Positions 56,304 through 64,000 of a stretch of 64,000 bases of DNA are shown here, in pieces; position 1 is the first letter of the stretch, and each line of letters starts with the position of its first letter. Source of the stretch: Gemmatimonadales bacterium (GTDB lineage Bacteria; Gemmatimonadota; Gemmatimonadetes; Gemmatimonadales; GWC2-71-9); assembly GCA_044229445.1 (NCBI GenBank), contig JBGASX010000012.1, positions 4,671 through 68,670 of the forward strand, written 5' to 3'. The notes below the pieces were generated by a model. It searched no databases. It was not told where the DNA came from and was given only the letters and a program-made list of their open reading frames with translations. The position numbers were made by a program, and so were the translations under genes.

Positions 56304-58265
56304 TCACTTCGGGGTGTTGTAGGACACCGTCACGTTCGATCCCTTCGGGGAGACCCGGATGTATCCCTGCATCTCCTGGTGCAGCGCCGAGCAGAAGTCG
56401 GTGCAGTAGAAGGGGAAGACACCGGGGCGGTCGGGCGTCCAGACGATCGTGCGGGTCTGGCCGGGCATGACCAGCAGCTCGGAGTTGTGCATGCCGGTCA
56501 CCGCGAAGCCGTGCGGAACGTCCCAGTCCTGCTCGACGTTCGTTACATGGAGATAGACGCTGTCGCCGACCTGCACGCCCTCGATGTTGTCCGGCACGAA
56601 GTGACTGCGGATCGCGGTCATGTAGATGTGTACCACGTTCCCCTTCCGCACGACCCGGGCGTCCTTCTCGGCCTTGGTCGCGTTCGGGTCCTTGTTGTCG
56701 GCCAGGTTGAAGGTCTTGATCTGCGCATCCTTGATCTTCGAGGCGAGAATCGCCTGGGCGTAGTGCGGCTCGCCGATGGTCGGGAAGTCGAGCAGCAGCT
56801 TCATCTTGTCGCCCGAGATGTCGATCAGCTGCGCCGACTGGGTGAGTTCGGGACCCGTGGGCAGGTACCGGTCCTTCGTGATCTTGTTGAGCGCCACGAC
56901 GTACTTCCCATCCGGCTCCCGGGTGTCGCCGCCGATGACCATGAGATGCCCGATCGAATAGTAGGTCGGGATCCGGTCGAGCACCTTGCAGTCCTTCACG
57001 CTCCACTTGACGATTTCGGAGGAGAGGAACATCGACGTGTAGGCGTTGCCCTTCGCATCGAACTCGGTGTGCAAGGGGCCAAGGCCGGGCTGGGGCACTT
57101 CGCAGGCGCTGATGGCCTCGTACTTGAGGACCGGGATCCCGTCGACCATGCGGTCGATGGCCTTGTCCGCGATCGCCTTCTGGATCTTGGTGAACGAGGC
57201 GACCGGAATGACCGCGGCCAGCTTGCCGCCCGCCGCGATGAACTCGCCCGACGGATCGACGTCGACGCCGTGGGGTGACTTCGGCGTGGGGAGGAAGTAG
57301 ACCATGTCCGGACAGTCGGCCGGCTCCAGCACCTTCTCGCTGGTCAGCATCTCCGAGTGCGCGATATCGGCGTCATCCACCCAGTTGTGCGCGTACTTCG
57401 TGCTCCACGTCTTGGCCTTGCCCGCCGCCACGCACTGCTCGGCCACCTTCCAGTTCACCGCCGTGATGAAGTCCTTGTCGTTCTGCGAGGCGTTGCGCTC
57501 GAGCAGTGTGCTGGCCTGCTCCGTGTTGTAGGAGGTGAAGAAGGCCCAGCCGTGCGAGACGCCTTTGCCGGGGCGGGCGAGGTCGTAGTCGAAGCCTGGC
57601 ATATGGATCTGGAAGGCCAGCGACATCTTGCCGCTCTTCGGGTCGACCGCCACGAAGCCGATCTGCCCGCCGAAGTTTTCCTTGTAGGTCGAGATCGGCA
57701 CATCCTTCTGCGGCATCGGCACGCTGAAGCGCGTGGCCGTCACCACGTACTCGGTTCCCTGGGTCACGAACGGCGACGCATGGTTGCCAGCGGCGTTCGG
57801 GATCTCGATGATCTCCTTGGTGTTCATCTCGGCCAGGTCGATCCGGGCCACCCGCGGCGTGTTGTTGCCGTTGATGAACAGCCAGCGTCCGTCGTTCATC
57901 GCATCGGTCTTGGAGAGCGACGGGTGGTGGGCATCGTCCCAGGGGATGAAGCCGTAGCTGGTCTCCAGCATCGGCTTGCTCTGCTCGCTGTACCCGTAGG
58001 ACTTCTCCGCATCCTGGGAGAAGACCGGGATCACGCGAAAGAGGCGGCCGGACGGCAGCCCGTAGACGCTGACCTGTCCCGAGAATCCGCCTGAGGCGAA
58101 CATGTAGTACTCGTCGTACTGTCCCGGCGCGACATACACCTTCGACGCCGCATCGCCGGTGCCTCCCGCCTGGGTGTTGGTCTTGCCGCAGCCAGCCGCC
58201 AGCAGCACCGCTCCAACGGCGGCGCTTATCCGGCCGATCCGGGACAACGTACTCGCGCGCATCAT
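56304..58265 (-). CDS. nosZ: nitrous-oxide reductase, clade II (Sec/lipoprotein-type signal)
   Basis: 653-aa ORF. CuZ-region histidines (WDDAHHPS, AAGNHASP, GEPHYAQ). The C-terminal CuA motif is FYCTDFCSALHQEMQGY. The N-terminus has no twin-arginine motif and ends in LLAAGC. Confidence 0.95.
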   Translation of the reverse strand: MMRASTLSRIGRISAAVGAVLLAAGCGKTNTQAGGTGDAASKVYVAPGQYDEYYMFASGGFSGQVSVYGLPSGRLFRVIPVFSQDAEKSYGYSEQSKPMLETSYGFIPWDDAHHPSLSKTDAMNDGRWLFINGNNTPRVARIDLAEMNTKEIIEIPNAAGNHASPFVTQGTEYVVTATRFSVPMPQKDVPISTYKENFGGQIGFVAVDPKSGKMSLAFQIHMPGFDYDLARPGKGVSHGWAFFTSYNTEQASTLLERNASQNDKDFITAVNWKVAEQCVAAGKAKTWSTKYAHNWVDDADIAHSEMLTSEKVLEPADCPDMVYFLPTPKSPHGVDVDPSGEFIAAGGKLAAVIPVASFTKIQKAIADKAIDRMVDGIPVLKYEAISACEVPQPGLGPLHTEFDAKGNAYTSMFLSSEIVKWSVKDCKVLDRIPTYYSIGHLMVIGGDTREPDGKYVVALNKITKDRYLPTGPELTQSAQLIDISGDKMKLLLDFPTIGEPHYAQAILASKIKDAQIKTFNLADNKDPNATKAEKDARVVRKGNVVHIYMTAIRSHFVPDNIEGVQVGDSVYLHVTNVEQDWDVPHGFAVTGMHNSELLVMPGQTRTIVWTPDRPGVFPFYCTDFCSALHQEMQGYIRVSPKGSNVTVSYNTPK

Positions 58266-58296
58266 GTCAGCCTCTCCTGAATGGTGATCCTGCCAC

Positions 58297-58794
58297 TCAC
58301 TGGGCAGTCGTGCTGGGAGCCTGGGTACGGAGGTATTCGACGACCTGGCGGGCCTGCTCCTGCGTGAGCCCGAGATTCGGCATCTGGGTCATGTACTCGC
58401 CGAGGAGTTGCTTCACGACCGGGTGCTTCGAGTACATCCCCTCGGGGTTGAGCACCTGATTCATGATGAAGGCCGGCGTCCGGCGCACGGTGACCGCACC
58501 GAGCGGCGGGCCGACGTACTTGTCGGTCATCTTGTGGCAGGCGCCACACTTCGAGTCGAAGATCTGTTTGCCCGCGTCCGCCATGCCCTTGTCGACCGGC
58601 CCGAGTGTGATGGCCTCGGTCACGGGGCCGATCCCGTTCTCGAGCTGGAATGGCGTCAGGTCCGATCCGGGAGTCGCGGCGGATGCCGCCGCGCTGGTGG
58701 CGGGGGGGGCTGGGGTTTCGGAGCCGCCGCAGGCCGAGCAGAACAGCAGTGCCGTAACGGCCAGACTGAGGCGAGGGGCGAACGAGCGAGGCAT
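58297..58794 (-). CDS. monohaem class I c-type cytochrome lipoprotein, first gene of the nos operon
   Basis: 165-aa ORF with lipobox-like LLFCSAC, a single CGACH, and a distal Met candidate (MNQVLNPEGM). Confidence 0.85.
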   Translation of the reverse strand: MPRSFAPRLSLAVTALLFCSACGGSETPAPPATSAAASAATPGSDLTPFQLENGIGPVTEAITLGPVDKGMADAGKQIFDSKCGACHKMTDKYVGPPLGAVTVRRTPAFIMNQVLNPEGMYSKHPVVKQLLGEYMTQMPNLGLTQEQARQVVEYLRTQAPSTTAQ

Positions 58795-58953
58795 GGCAAC
58801 GGTCCTTGGCTTGAAAGTCGGGGTGGGCGGGTAATCCCCACGCTCACGCAGCGATTATAGGCTATTCACATGAAATGGTGATATATGATTTGATGAAAGG
58901 AAATTCAGAGATTTCGATGAGATTTACAGCCGATTGTCAGGTAAAATGCAGCC

Positions 58954-59364
58954 ATGCTCAACCAGACAGCCGAATACGCGCTCCGGGCCGTCGTCACGAT
59001 CGCCGAACAGCCCGATGGGCGACCGATCGGGGCGGGAAAGCTCGCCAGCAGCCTCGGAATTCCCCAGAACTACCTCTCCAAGACCCTGCACCAGCTGGCA
59101 CGGGCCGGCGTCCTCGAGTCATCGCGGGGGAAGTTCGGGGGGTTCCAGCTCGCCCGCCCCGCTGGCAAGATCCTCCTCCTCGACATCGTCACCGAGTTCG
59201 ATGAGATCGTCGGGCAGCAGACCTGTTTGATGGGGCGTACGCTGTGCAGTGACCACACACCGTGTGCCGCGCACTCCCGGTGGAAGAGTGTCGGTGAGAA
59301 GATGGCGGGGTTTTTCCGGGAAACGACGGTGGCAGACCTGATGCGGCCGAAGCGGACGAGCTGA
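58954..59364 (+). CDS. Rrf2-family transcriptional regulator (NsrR/IscR-like, three-Cys cluster ligands)
   Basis: 136-aa ORF with the N-terminus MLNQTAEYALRAVVTIA, a wHTH segment (LGIPQNYLSKTLHQLARAGVLESSRG) and the Cys triad C-x6-C-x5-C (CLMGRTLCSDHTPC). Divergent from the nos operon. Confidence 0.88.
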   Translation: MLNQTAEYALRAVVTIAEQPDGRPIGAGKLASSLGIPQNYLSKTLHQLARAGVLESSRGKFGGFQLARPAGKILLLDIVTEFDEIVGQQTCLMGRTLCSDHTPCAAHSRWKSVGEKMAGFFRETTVADLMRPKRTS

Positions 59365-59775
59365 TCAGCTCGGAGCGCCACCAAAGGGTTTCGCCCGCCC
59401 CCAGAGCAGCAGGACGAAGCCGAATGACGCGCCCGCGAGGAGCAGCATCCCCGCGGGCGCGAGTCCGTTGATGGACAGAACCAGCCCGAGGAGCGCGAGC
59501 CCGAGGCCGCCGAGGAATGCGCCGAAGGCCACCCACCCGGCCCATCCAGGACCACGGTCGGGGGCACGCGGGAAGCGCGGCAGCATCCAGTACGCCACGC
59601 CGAGCACGAACTGCACCAGCCACCCGAAGAGCAGCAGCGTGAGGTGGACCTCTCTGAGGGAGGCGCGCACCGCGTCGTAACCTGGCTCGGTGGCGAGGAG
59701 CAGTGCGCCCAGGGCCGTGCCGGCCAGCAGCGCGACGAAGGCGCTCCGCAGCATCCAGACGGTCAGCTTGGGCAT
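59365..59775 (-). CDS. small four-helix membrane protein, paralog B of a tandem pair
   Basis: The track ORF 59365..60039 is trimmed to the ATG at 59775 (MPKLTVWML), which overlaps the upstream stop (TGATG). Motif: EVHLTLLLFGWLVQFVLGVAYWMLPRF. Confidence 0.6.
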   Translation of the reverse strand: MPKLTVWMLRSAFVALLAGTALGALLLATEPGYDAVRASLREVHLTLLLFGWLVQFVLGVAYWMLPRFPRAPDRGPGWAGWVAFGAFLGGLGLALLGLVLSINGLAPAGMLLLAGASFGFVLLLWGRAKPFGGAPS

Positions 59776-60170
59776 CAGCTTCGGAGTTCGCGGATGCGGG
59801 GCCAGAGCAGCAAGACGAGGAGGGCCACCGCGACGAACTGGAGCAGTGCCGACGCCAGGAGCGGCCACGAAGGGCCACCCATCCCCAGCCGCCAGAGCTC
59901 GCCGATCAGGCGCAAGGCGAGTCCGCCATTGAGCAGCGTGAGTCCGGCCCAGCCGAGGCGCTCGTCGCCGCGGGGGGGGCGGGTCGGATGCCGGGGAAAC
60001 ATCCAGAAGGCGACCCCGCTGATGAGCTGCAGCAGCCACCCGACAGTGAGCAGGTGGATCGCGCCAAGATGCAGTGCGGTGTCGGGAAGGTCCGGGAGGA
60101 CGTCCGCCGGGCGGGCGAGCAGGGCCTCGAGGAGCAGCGCGAGCGCGAGGGAGATGAAGCCCGATTTCAC
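59775..60170 (-). CDS. small four-helix membrane protein, paralog A of a tandem pair
   Basis: 131-aa ORF. The motif LHLGAIHLLTVGWLLQLISGVAFWMFPRH aligns with paralog B along its whole length. Confidence 0.6.
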   Translation of the reverse strand: MKSGFISLALALLLEALLARPADVLPDLPDTALHLGAIHLLTVGWLLQLISGVAFWMFPRHPTRPPRGDERLGWAGLTLLNGGLALRLIGELWRLGMGGPSWPLLASALLQFVAVALLVLLLWPRIRELRS

Positions 60171-60204
60171 GAGCCAGCGGGAGAGGGGAGGCAGGGCGCG
60201 GCTC

Positions 60205-61305
60205 CTATTTGAGTAGCCCGAGGACGATCTCCAGCGCGATCAGGACGATCACGATCCACTCCAGGGCCTCCATGCGGATGGCCGCGGCCTTGTCGGAGAG
60301 CTTCTGGTAGATGCTCTCGATCGTCGACAGCTTCCGCGTGATGGTCGCTTCGAGTTCGACGAGGTGGAATCGTCCCGCTGCCAGCCGGTAGATCCGGGCC
60401 AGGTACTCTTCGCCGAACACCTTGAGGGCGTTGGACACCCGCTCCAGCATGACCGCACTTTCGAGCTGCAACTCGGCCACCTGGTGCATGTCGGCACTCA
60501 CGGCACTGGGCAGCACCATCCGCCACCCCTGCCGCCGCGCCAGGAGCAGGTACGATCGCTCGATGGCATCGTCCAGCTGCAGGTCCAGCCAGCGCATCTC
60601 GAGCAGCTGCACGTTCGCGAACTCCAGCACCGCTCGCACATCCTCCGGATCGGGGTCGAGCACGAACGCGGCGTCCCAGTCCACGATCGTCACATCGGTC
60701 GGTCCGAAGGAGATCTGGACTTCGGTCGCATTCCGGATCTCCTCGGCGGAAGGGCGTCCCGCGTCGGGCCGAAGAATGCGGGTGATCGCTTCCGCGTGCG
60801 CCTCGCAGAAGGCCGACGCACTTGCCCCGGTCGGCAGCTGGCGCATCCCGTAGATCAGATAGTCTTCGCTGAACTCCGCCACGCTCGGTTTCTGGACGGC
60901 CGTTCCAAGGGAACGGAGGAGCGCCTCGACCCGGCCGCGGGCATCGAGCTTCAGGAGGTCTGAGCCGCGGAGCGACCGGCTGGCGGCAGAGAGTTCCTCG
61001 AGACCGCCGTGGACGGGAATGTGGTATGTCACCGACGCGGCGCCGAAGTCGTACAGGACCAGCTCCACCGACGGCTCGGTCTTCCAGCTTTCAATCACGA
61101 TCGGCGTGCGTTCCTGCGAGACGCGGAGCGGAGCGGGGCGGTACTGAAAGAACAGTGTGGCTCGCCCCCGGTGCCGAAAGGTCTGCCGTTCGGATCCTCC
61201 TCCCATCGACCGCTCCGCCTGGTCGAGATCGATGGCCTGCGCGACCTCGAAGACGAAGATCGGGTGAATCTCGGGCATTTCTGTCACCGCTCCTTCACGG
61301 TTCAC
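60205..61305 (-). CDS. hypothetical protein with C-terminal membrane anchor (possibly RMD1/DUF155-like)
   Basis: 366-aa ORF. The C-terminus AAAIRMEALEWIVIVLIALEIVLGLLK resembles the terminal helix of DUF155-type proteins. Low-confidence by-eye call. The ATG at 61278 is an alternative start. Confidence 0.5.
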   Translation of the reverse strand: MNREGAVTEMPEIHPIFVFEVAQAIDLDQAERSMGGGSERQTFRHRGRATLFFQYRPAPLRVSQERTPIVIESWKTEPSVELVLYDFGAASVTYHIPVHGGLEELSAASRSLRGSDLLKLDARGRVEALLRSLGTAVQKPSVAEFSEDYLIYGMRQLPTGASASAFCEAHAEAITRILRPDAGRPSAEEIRNATEVQISFGPTDVTIVDWDAAFVLDPDPEDVRAVLEFANVQLLEMRWLDLQLDDAIERSYLLLARRQGWRMVLPSAVSADMHQVAELQLESAVMLERVSNALKVFGEEYLARIYRLAAGRFHLVELEATITRKLSTIESIYQKLSDKAAAIRMEALEWIVIVLIALEIVLGLLK

Positions 61306-61353
61306 TCATGCATCTGAAGCAACATTTATGTCGAAGGCCCCTAGGAGGACCCC

Positions 61354-62010
61354 ATGGTAACGCTGACACGAGCAGAAGCCGGGCGCCGACTTGCGATGGG
61401 CCTGAGCGCCATGATCAAGGAAGTCCCCGTCGTTCTCGCACTCTCTCCGGGCGGCGCACGGGTGGCGAGCGAGATTGCGAAGTCCTTCGAAGCCCCTCTC
61501 GATGTCAGTCCGGTGCGACGACTCGAAGTCTCGGGTCGGCCCCGCTCCACCTTCGGTGCGGTGGCCGAAGGCACCACGCTGATCCTCTCGGAGCGAGTCG
61601 CCCAGCTCGGGCTGCCGGACGACTACGTGAGCGCGATGGCCGATCTGGCGCACCGGGAGATCGATCTGCTCGCGTCGGCGTGGCGGGGCGGCGCTCCACC
61701 GGTGAACCTCAGCGGCCGCACGGCGGTGCTGGTGGACGACGGTCTCAGTGATGCCGTCGCGATCGCGGCCGCCGCACACGGGCTCCGGGAGCAGGGAGCG
61801 GCCCGCGTCCTGTATGCGGGCCCGACGGCCGGGCGGGCACTCTACGACGCCATTCGCGCGGAGTGCGACGATTGCCTCCTGCTCTTCGATGACGGCGCGC
61901 CCGCATCGGCCTTCATGTGCGATCCGGATTTCAGTCAGACCACCCGATTCGACGTGCGCTCGATGGTGCGGAAGAGCCGGCCCGATTTTGCCGCCGTGGT
62001 CGGTCCCTGA
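61354..62010 (+). CDS. phosphoribosyltransferase-family protein
   Basis: 218-aa ORF with a PRPP-binding-type motif (TAVLVDDGLSDAVAIAAA). Confidence 0.7.
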   Translation: MVTLTRAEAGRRLAMGLSAMIKEVPVVLALSPGGARVASEIAKSFEAPLDVSPVRRLEVSGRPRSTFGAVAEGTTLILSERVAQLGLPDDYVSAMADLAHREIDLLASAWRGGAPPVNLSGRTAVLVDDGLSDAVAIAAAAHGLREQGAARVLYAGPTAGRALYDAIRAECDDCLLLFDDGAPASAFMCDPDFSQTTRFDVRSMVRKSRPDFAAVVGP

Positions 62011-62049
62011 GCCTGAGAATCTACGGGCTCCGCTGGCTGCGGGCGAGGC

Positions 62050-63048
62050 GTGAGCATGACGCGGTACGGAGCAGGGCAGGACACCGAGGCGCTGGTCGAG
62101 CGATCGCTCGACGAGCGCCTCGATGCATTTCGGCGCTCGCGGGACGACTGCGCCGAGGACCCATCCCCTGAGGCGGTGCACGAGGTCCGGATTGCGACCA
62201 GGCGCCTGCGTGCCGCCCTCACCCTTTTCGATCCATTACTGATCCTCCCTGACGGCGTCGCTCCCCGGGTGCTCCGGCGGGTCGAACGACGCTTCGGCCG
62301 TGTCCGGGATCTTGACGTCGTGGGCGCTTCGCTGCGCTCGGCAGCCACGGCCGAGGTGTCCCCCGCTCGCACGGCCGGCTACGCAGATCTTGGCGCGACG
62401 GTTGACGCGGCGAGGAGCGAGGCACGGAAGCGGGCCAAGGCCGAACTTGCTCGCCAGAGGCTCCGCCGTCTGACGAGCGACCTGCGTTCCTGGCTCGAGG
62501 ATCCCGCCTTTACGCCGGTGGCGACGCTGCCCATCGCGCTCCTGGTGCCGGATCTCCTGTTGCCGTTGCTGTCGCGCACGCTGCTCGAACCGGGGTGGCA
62601 GGTGGCAGAGCCACCGGATCCTGATGCCCGCACCGCGGCTCCCCTGCATGCGATTCGGCGTCGACTCAAGCAGTTGCGCTACGCCATCGAGTGCGTCACC
62701 GACTGGTACGGAGCTCCGGTGGAATCCTGGCTCGACGAACTGCACGCGATGCAGGATGCGCTGGGGGAGTGGCACGACGCGGGTCTGCTGCTCGAGCGGC
62801 TCAAGGATCACGAAGCATCCTCATCGCTTCGTCCGGTCTTCCTCGCCCGCGCTCGGGCGGCACTGGCTCCGTGGCCGGCATGGCGGCTCCGCTATCTCGA
62901 TCCCGAGGTCCGCGCCGGATTCCGTCACCTGCTGGGCGGGTGTCCGCCGGGCAGCCTGGATGCAGTACCCGGCGAAGCGCGGCGCAGGGACACGCAGGCG
63001 CTGCGTCGCCGGCGCGCATCGACGCCAGCCCCACTCCCCGGTATCTAA
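62050..63048 (+). CDS. CHAD domain-containing protein
   Basis: 332-aa helical ORF with CHAD-type conserved His/Arg helices (VHEVRIATRRLRAALTLF, LHAIRRRLKQLRYAIE, LGEWHDAGLL). Confidence 0.8.
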   Translation: MSMTRYGAGQDTEALVERSLDERLDAFRRSRDDCAEDPSPEAVHEVRIATRRLRAALTLFDPLLILPDGVAPRVLRRVERRFGRVRDLDVVGASLRSAATAEVSPARTAGYADLGATVDAARSEARKRAKAELARQRLRRLTSDLRSWLEDPAFTPVATLPIALLVPDLLLPLLSRTLLEPGWQVAEPPDPDARTAAPLHAIRRRLKQLRYAIECVTDWYGAPVESWLDELHAMQDALGEWHDAGLLLERLKDHEASSSLRPVFLARARAALAPWPAWRLRYLDPEVRAGFRHLLGGCPPGSLDAVPGEARRRDTQALRRRRASTPAPLPGI

Positions 63049-63056
63049 CCCCGGAG

Positions 63057-63539
63057 TCAAAGTGGGAGGGTATGCGCGTGAGCCTGCAGTTCGTCCGCGA
63101 CCCGGCGGAGGCGTTCGCTGGCGCGGGTCATCAATGCGAGAATCTTCGAATCGGTCCTGAGCCCCGCGAGGTGCACCATCGAGACCGGATTGAGGATCCG
63201 CACCATGGAATGCTGCTCATCCACTCGTTCCACCGTCACATTGCACGGGAGCAGCAGTCCCACCTCCGGCCTGCTGGACAATGCTTCGTGCGCCAGCTGC
63301 GGATGGCAGGCTCCGAGAATGGTGTAAGGGCGAAAACTGATCCCGAGTTTCTCATGGAAGACGGTGTGTGCGTCGATCCGGGTGATCACACCGAATCCTT
63401 CCGCCTTGAGTCCGTCCATGACGCGGGCAAGTGCCTGATCCGTGGTCAGCGGCAGTTTCACCTCGAACGCCATCGGCTGCGGCGCGGGGGCGGGCTCCGG
63501 CAGCGCGGTGACGCGCGCTGGCGCCTTCGATTTTTTCAT
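63057..63539 (-). CDS. DUF302 domain-containing protein
   Basis: The track ORF is trimmed to the ATG at 63539, preceded by AAGGAGGA. The core is GFGVITRIDAHTVFHEKLGISFRPYTILGACHPQLAHEAL...LLPCNVTV. Confidence 0.75.
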   Translation of the reverse strand: MKKSKAPARVTALPEPAPAPQPMAFEVKLPLTTDQALARVMDGLKAEGFGVITRIDAHTVFHEKLGISFRPYTILGACHPQLAHEALSSRPEVGLLLPCNVTVERVDEQHSMVRILNPVSMVHLAGLRTDSKILALMTRASERLRRVADELQAHAHTLPL

Positions 63540-63704
63540 CAGATCCTCCTTGGTGCGGCTCCTGCGAGGAGCTACGCGAAGATGCCCGGTCTGTCCTGAA
63601 ATCGACCTGAACCCCAATTGAAGCGCTGTCACCGGTCCTTCATACCCTCTTCAGTACGTCGGACATTCTTTGCAGACCTCGTCGCTGCCGGGAAGGCGGA
63701 TCGC

Positions 63705-64000
63705 GTGCACTCGATCCAATCGCCGCAAGAGGAGTTCTTCACCCTGGTCTCCTTCGAGGGACCGGACGGTTACTCGACCTGCGGTGGTCTGGCAGAACGA
63801 GTTACTCGCCTTGCGGCGCGACTCGCGAGCCACGGATTCGAGACTCACCTCTTCTTCCTCGGCGCACCCGGGCTGCCCCCGAACGAGCGGATCCGTGCGT
63901 CCCGACTCACCCTGCACCGCTGGGCGCAGTGGCTCAGCGCCAGCCATCCCGGCGGTGTCTACGATGGCGAGTGGGCGAAAGTCCGGGAGATGGCGGATTC
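63705..64000 (+). CDS. glycosyltransferase-like protein, N-terminal fragment (3' end outside window)
   Basis: This open frame is absent from the ORF track because it runs off the window. It reads (GTG)HSIQSPQEEFFTLVSFEGPDGYSTCGGLAERVTRLAARLASHGFETHLFFLG, resembling the GT-B (GT4-like) N-terminal GGL...L...GHEV pattern. The start codon is uncertain. Confidence 0.4.
   Translation, partial: MHSIQSPQEEFFTLVSFEGPDGYSTCGGLAERVTRLAARLASHGFETHLFFLGAPGLPPNERIRASRLTLHRWAQWLSASHPGGVYDGEWAKVREMAD

Noticed and set aside
59776-60039. 88-aa N-terminal extension of track ORF 59365..60039.
   Set aside because: It overlaps the upstream paralog gene and is Arg/Pro/Ala-rich. The internal ATG at 59775 gives a protein collinear with its paralog.
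63651-63947. 98-aa minus-strand ORF at the right edge.
   Set aside because: It is antisense to an open plus-strand frame with a glycosyltransferase-like N-terminus that runs off the window, and it has no motifs of its own.

Overview
High-GC (about two-thirds G+C by eye) bacterial chromosomal segment. Coding density is high, many starts and stops overlap (ATGA/GTGA/TGATG), and I saw no tRNA/rRNA genes, CRISPR arrays, transposases or integrases. The gene content (Sec/lipoprotein-type clade II nosZ with nosB, many multihaem cytochromes) suggests a Gemmatimonadota-like organism, but that is only an inference.

Content from left to right:
- Housekeeping and signalling genes: an HD-GYP/TPR protein, mtnA and glpK.
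- Two minus-strand multihaem-cytochrome plus beta-barrel clusters (5.5-11.7 kb and 13.8-20.5 kb). I count 85 haem-binding motifs in five proteins.
- Between and after those clusters: a divergent Fe-S flavoprotein and a cytochrome c maturation set (a CXXXY-variant ccmE, then ccmF and a ccmH-like gene flanked by zinc-ribbon membrane proteins).
- An ABC exporter operon containing a perfect 51-bp in-frame tandem duplication.
- uvrA, a DPP-IV-type peptidase, a Ser/Thr kinase and sdaAB/sdaAA.
- A translationally coupled array of 12 paralogous small membrane proteins sharing an E-R-L-D-F-T-E-R-L-L C-terminal motif, running into a ybjN-like gene and pspA (42.5-47.3 kb).
- DUF1611, an ABC-2 exporter, an NRAMP transporter and a TonB-like protein.
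- A clade II nitrous-oxide reductase cluster (cyt c-nosZ-nosB-nosL-nosD-nosF-nosY) with a divergent Rrf2 regulator and two paralogous small membrane proteins.
- PRTase, CHAD and DUF302 genes, and a partial glycosyltransferase at the right edge.

The best candidates for an undescribed system are:
1. The 12-paralog LDFTERLL array coupled to pspA.
2. The cytochrome/beta-barrel conduits, one of which starts with a ferric-reductase-domain-like di-haem membrane protein encoded next to a divergent Fe-S flavoprotein.

All functional calls rest on motif recognition by eye. No database search was run.
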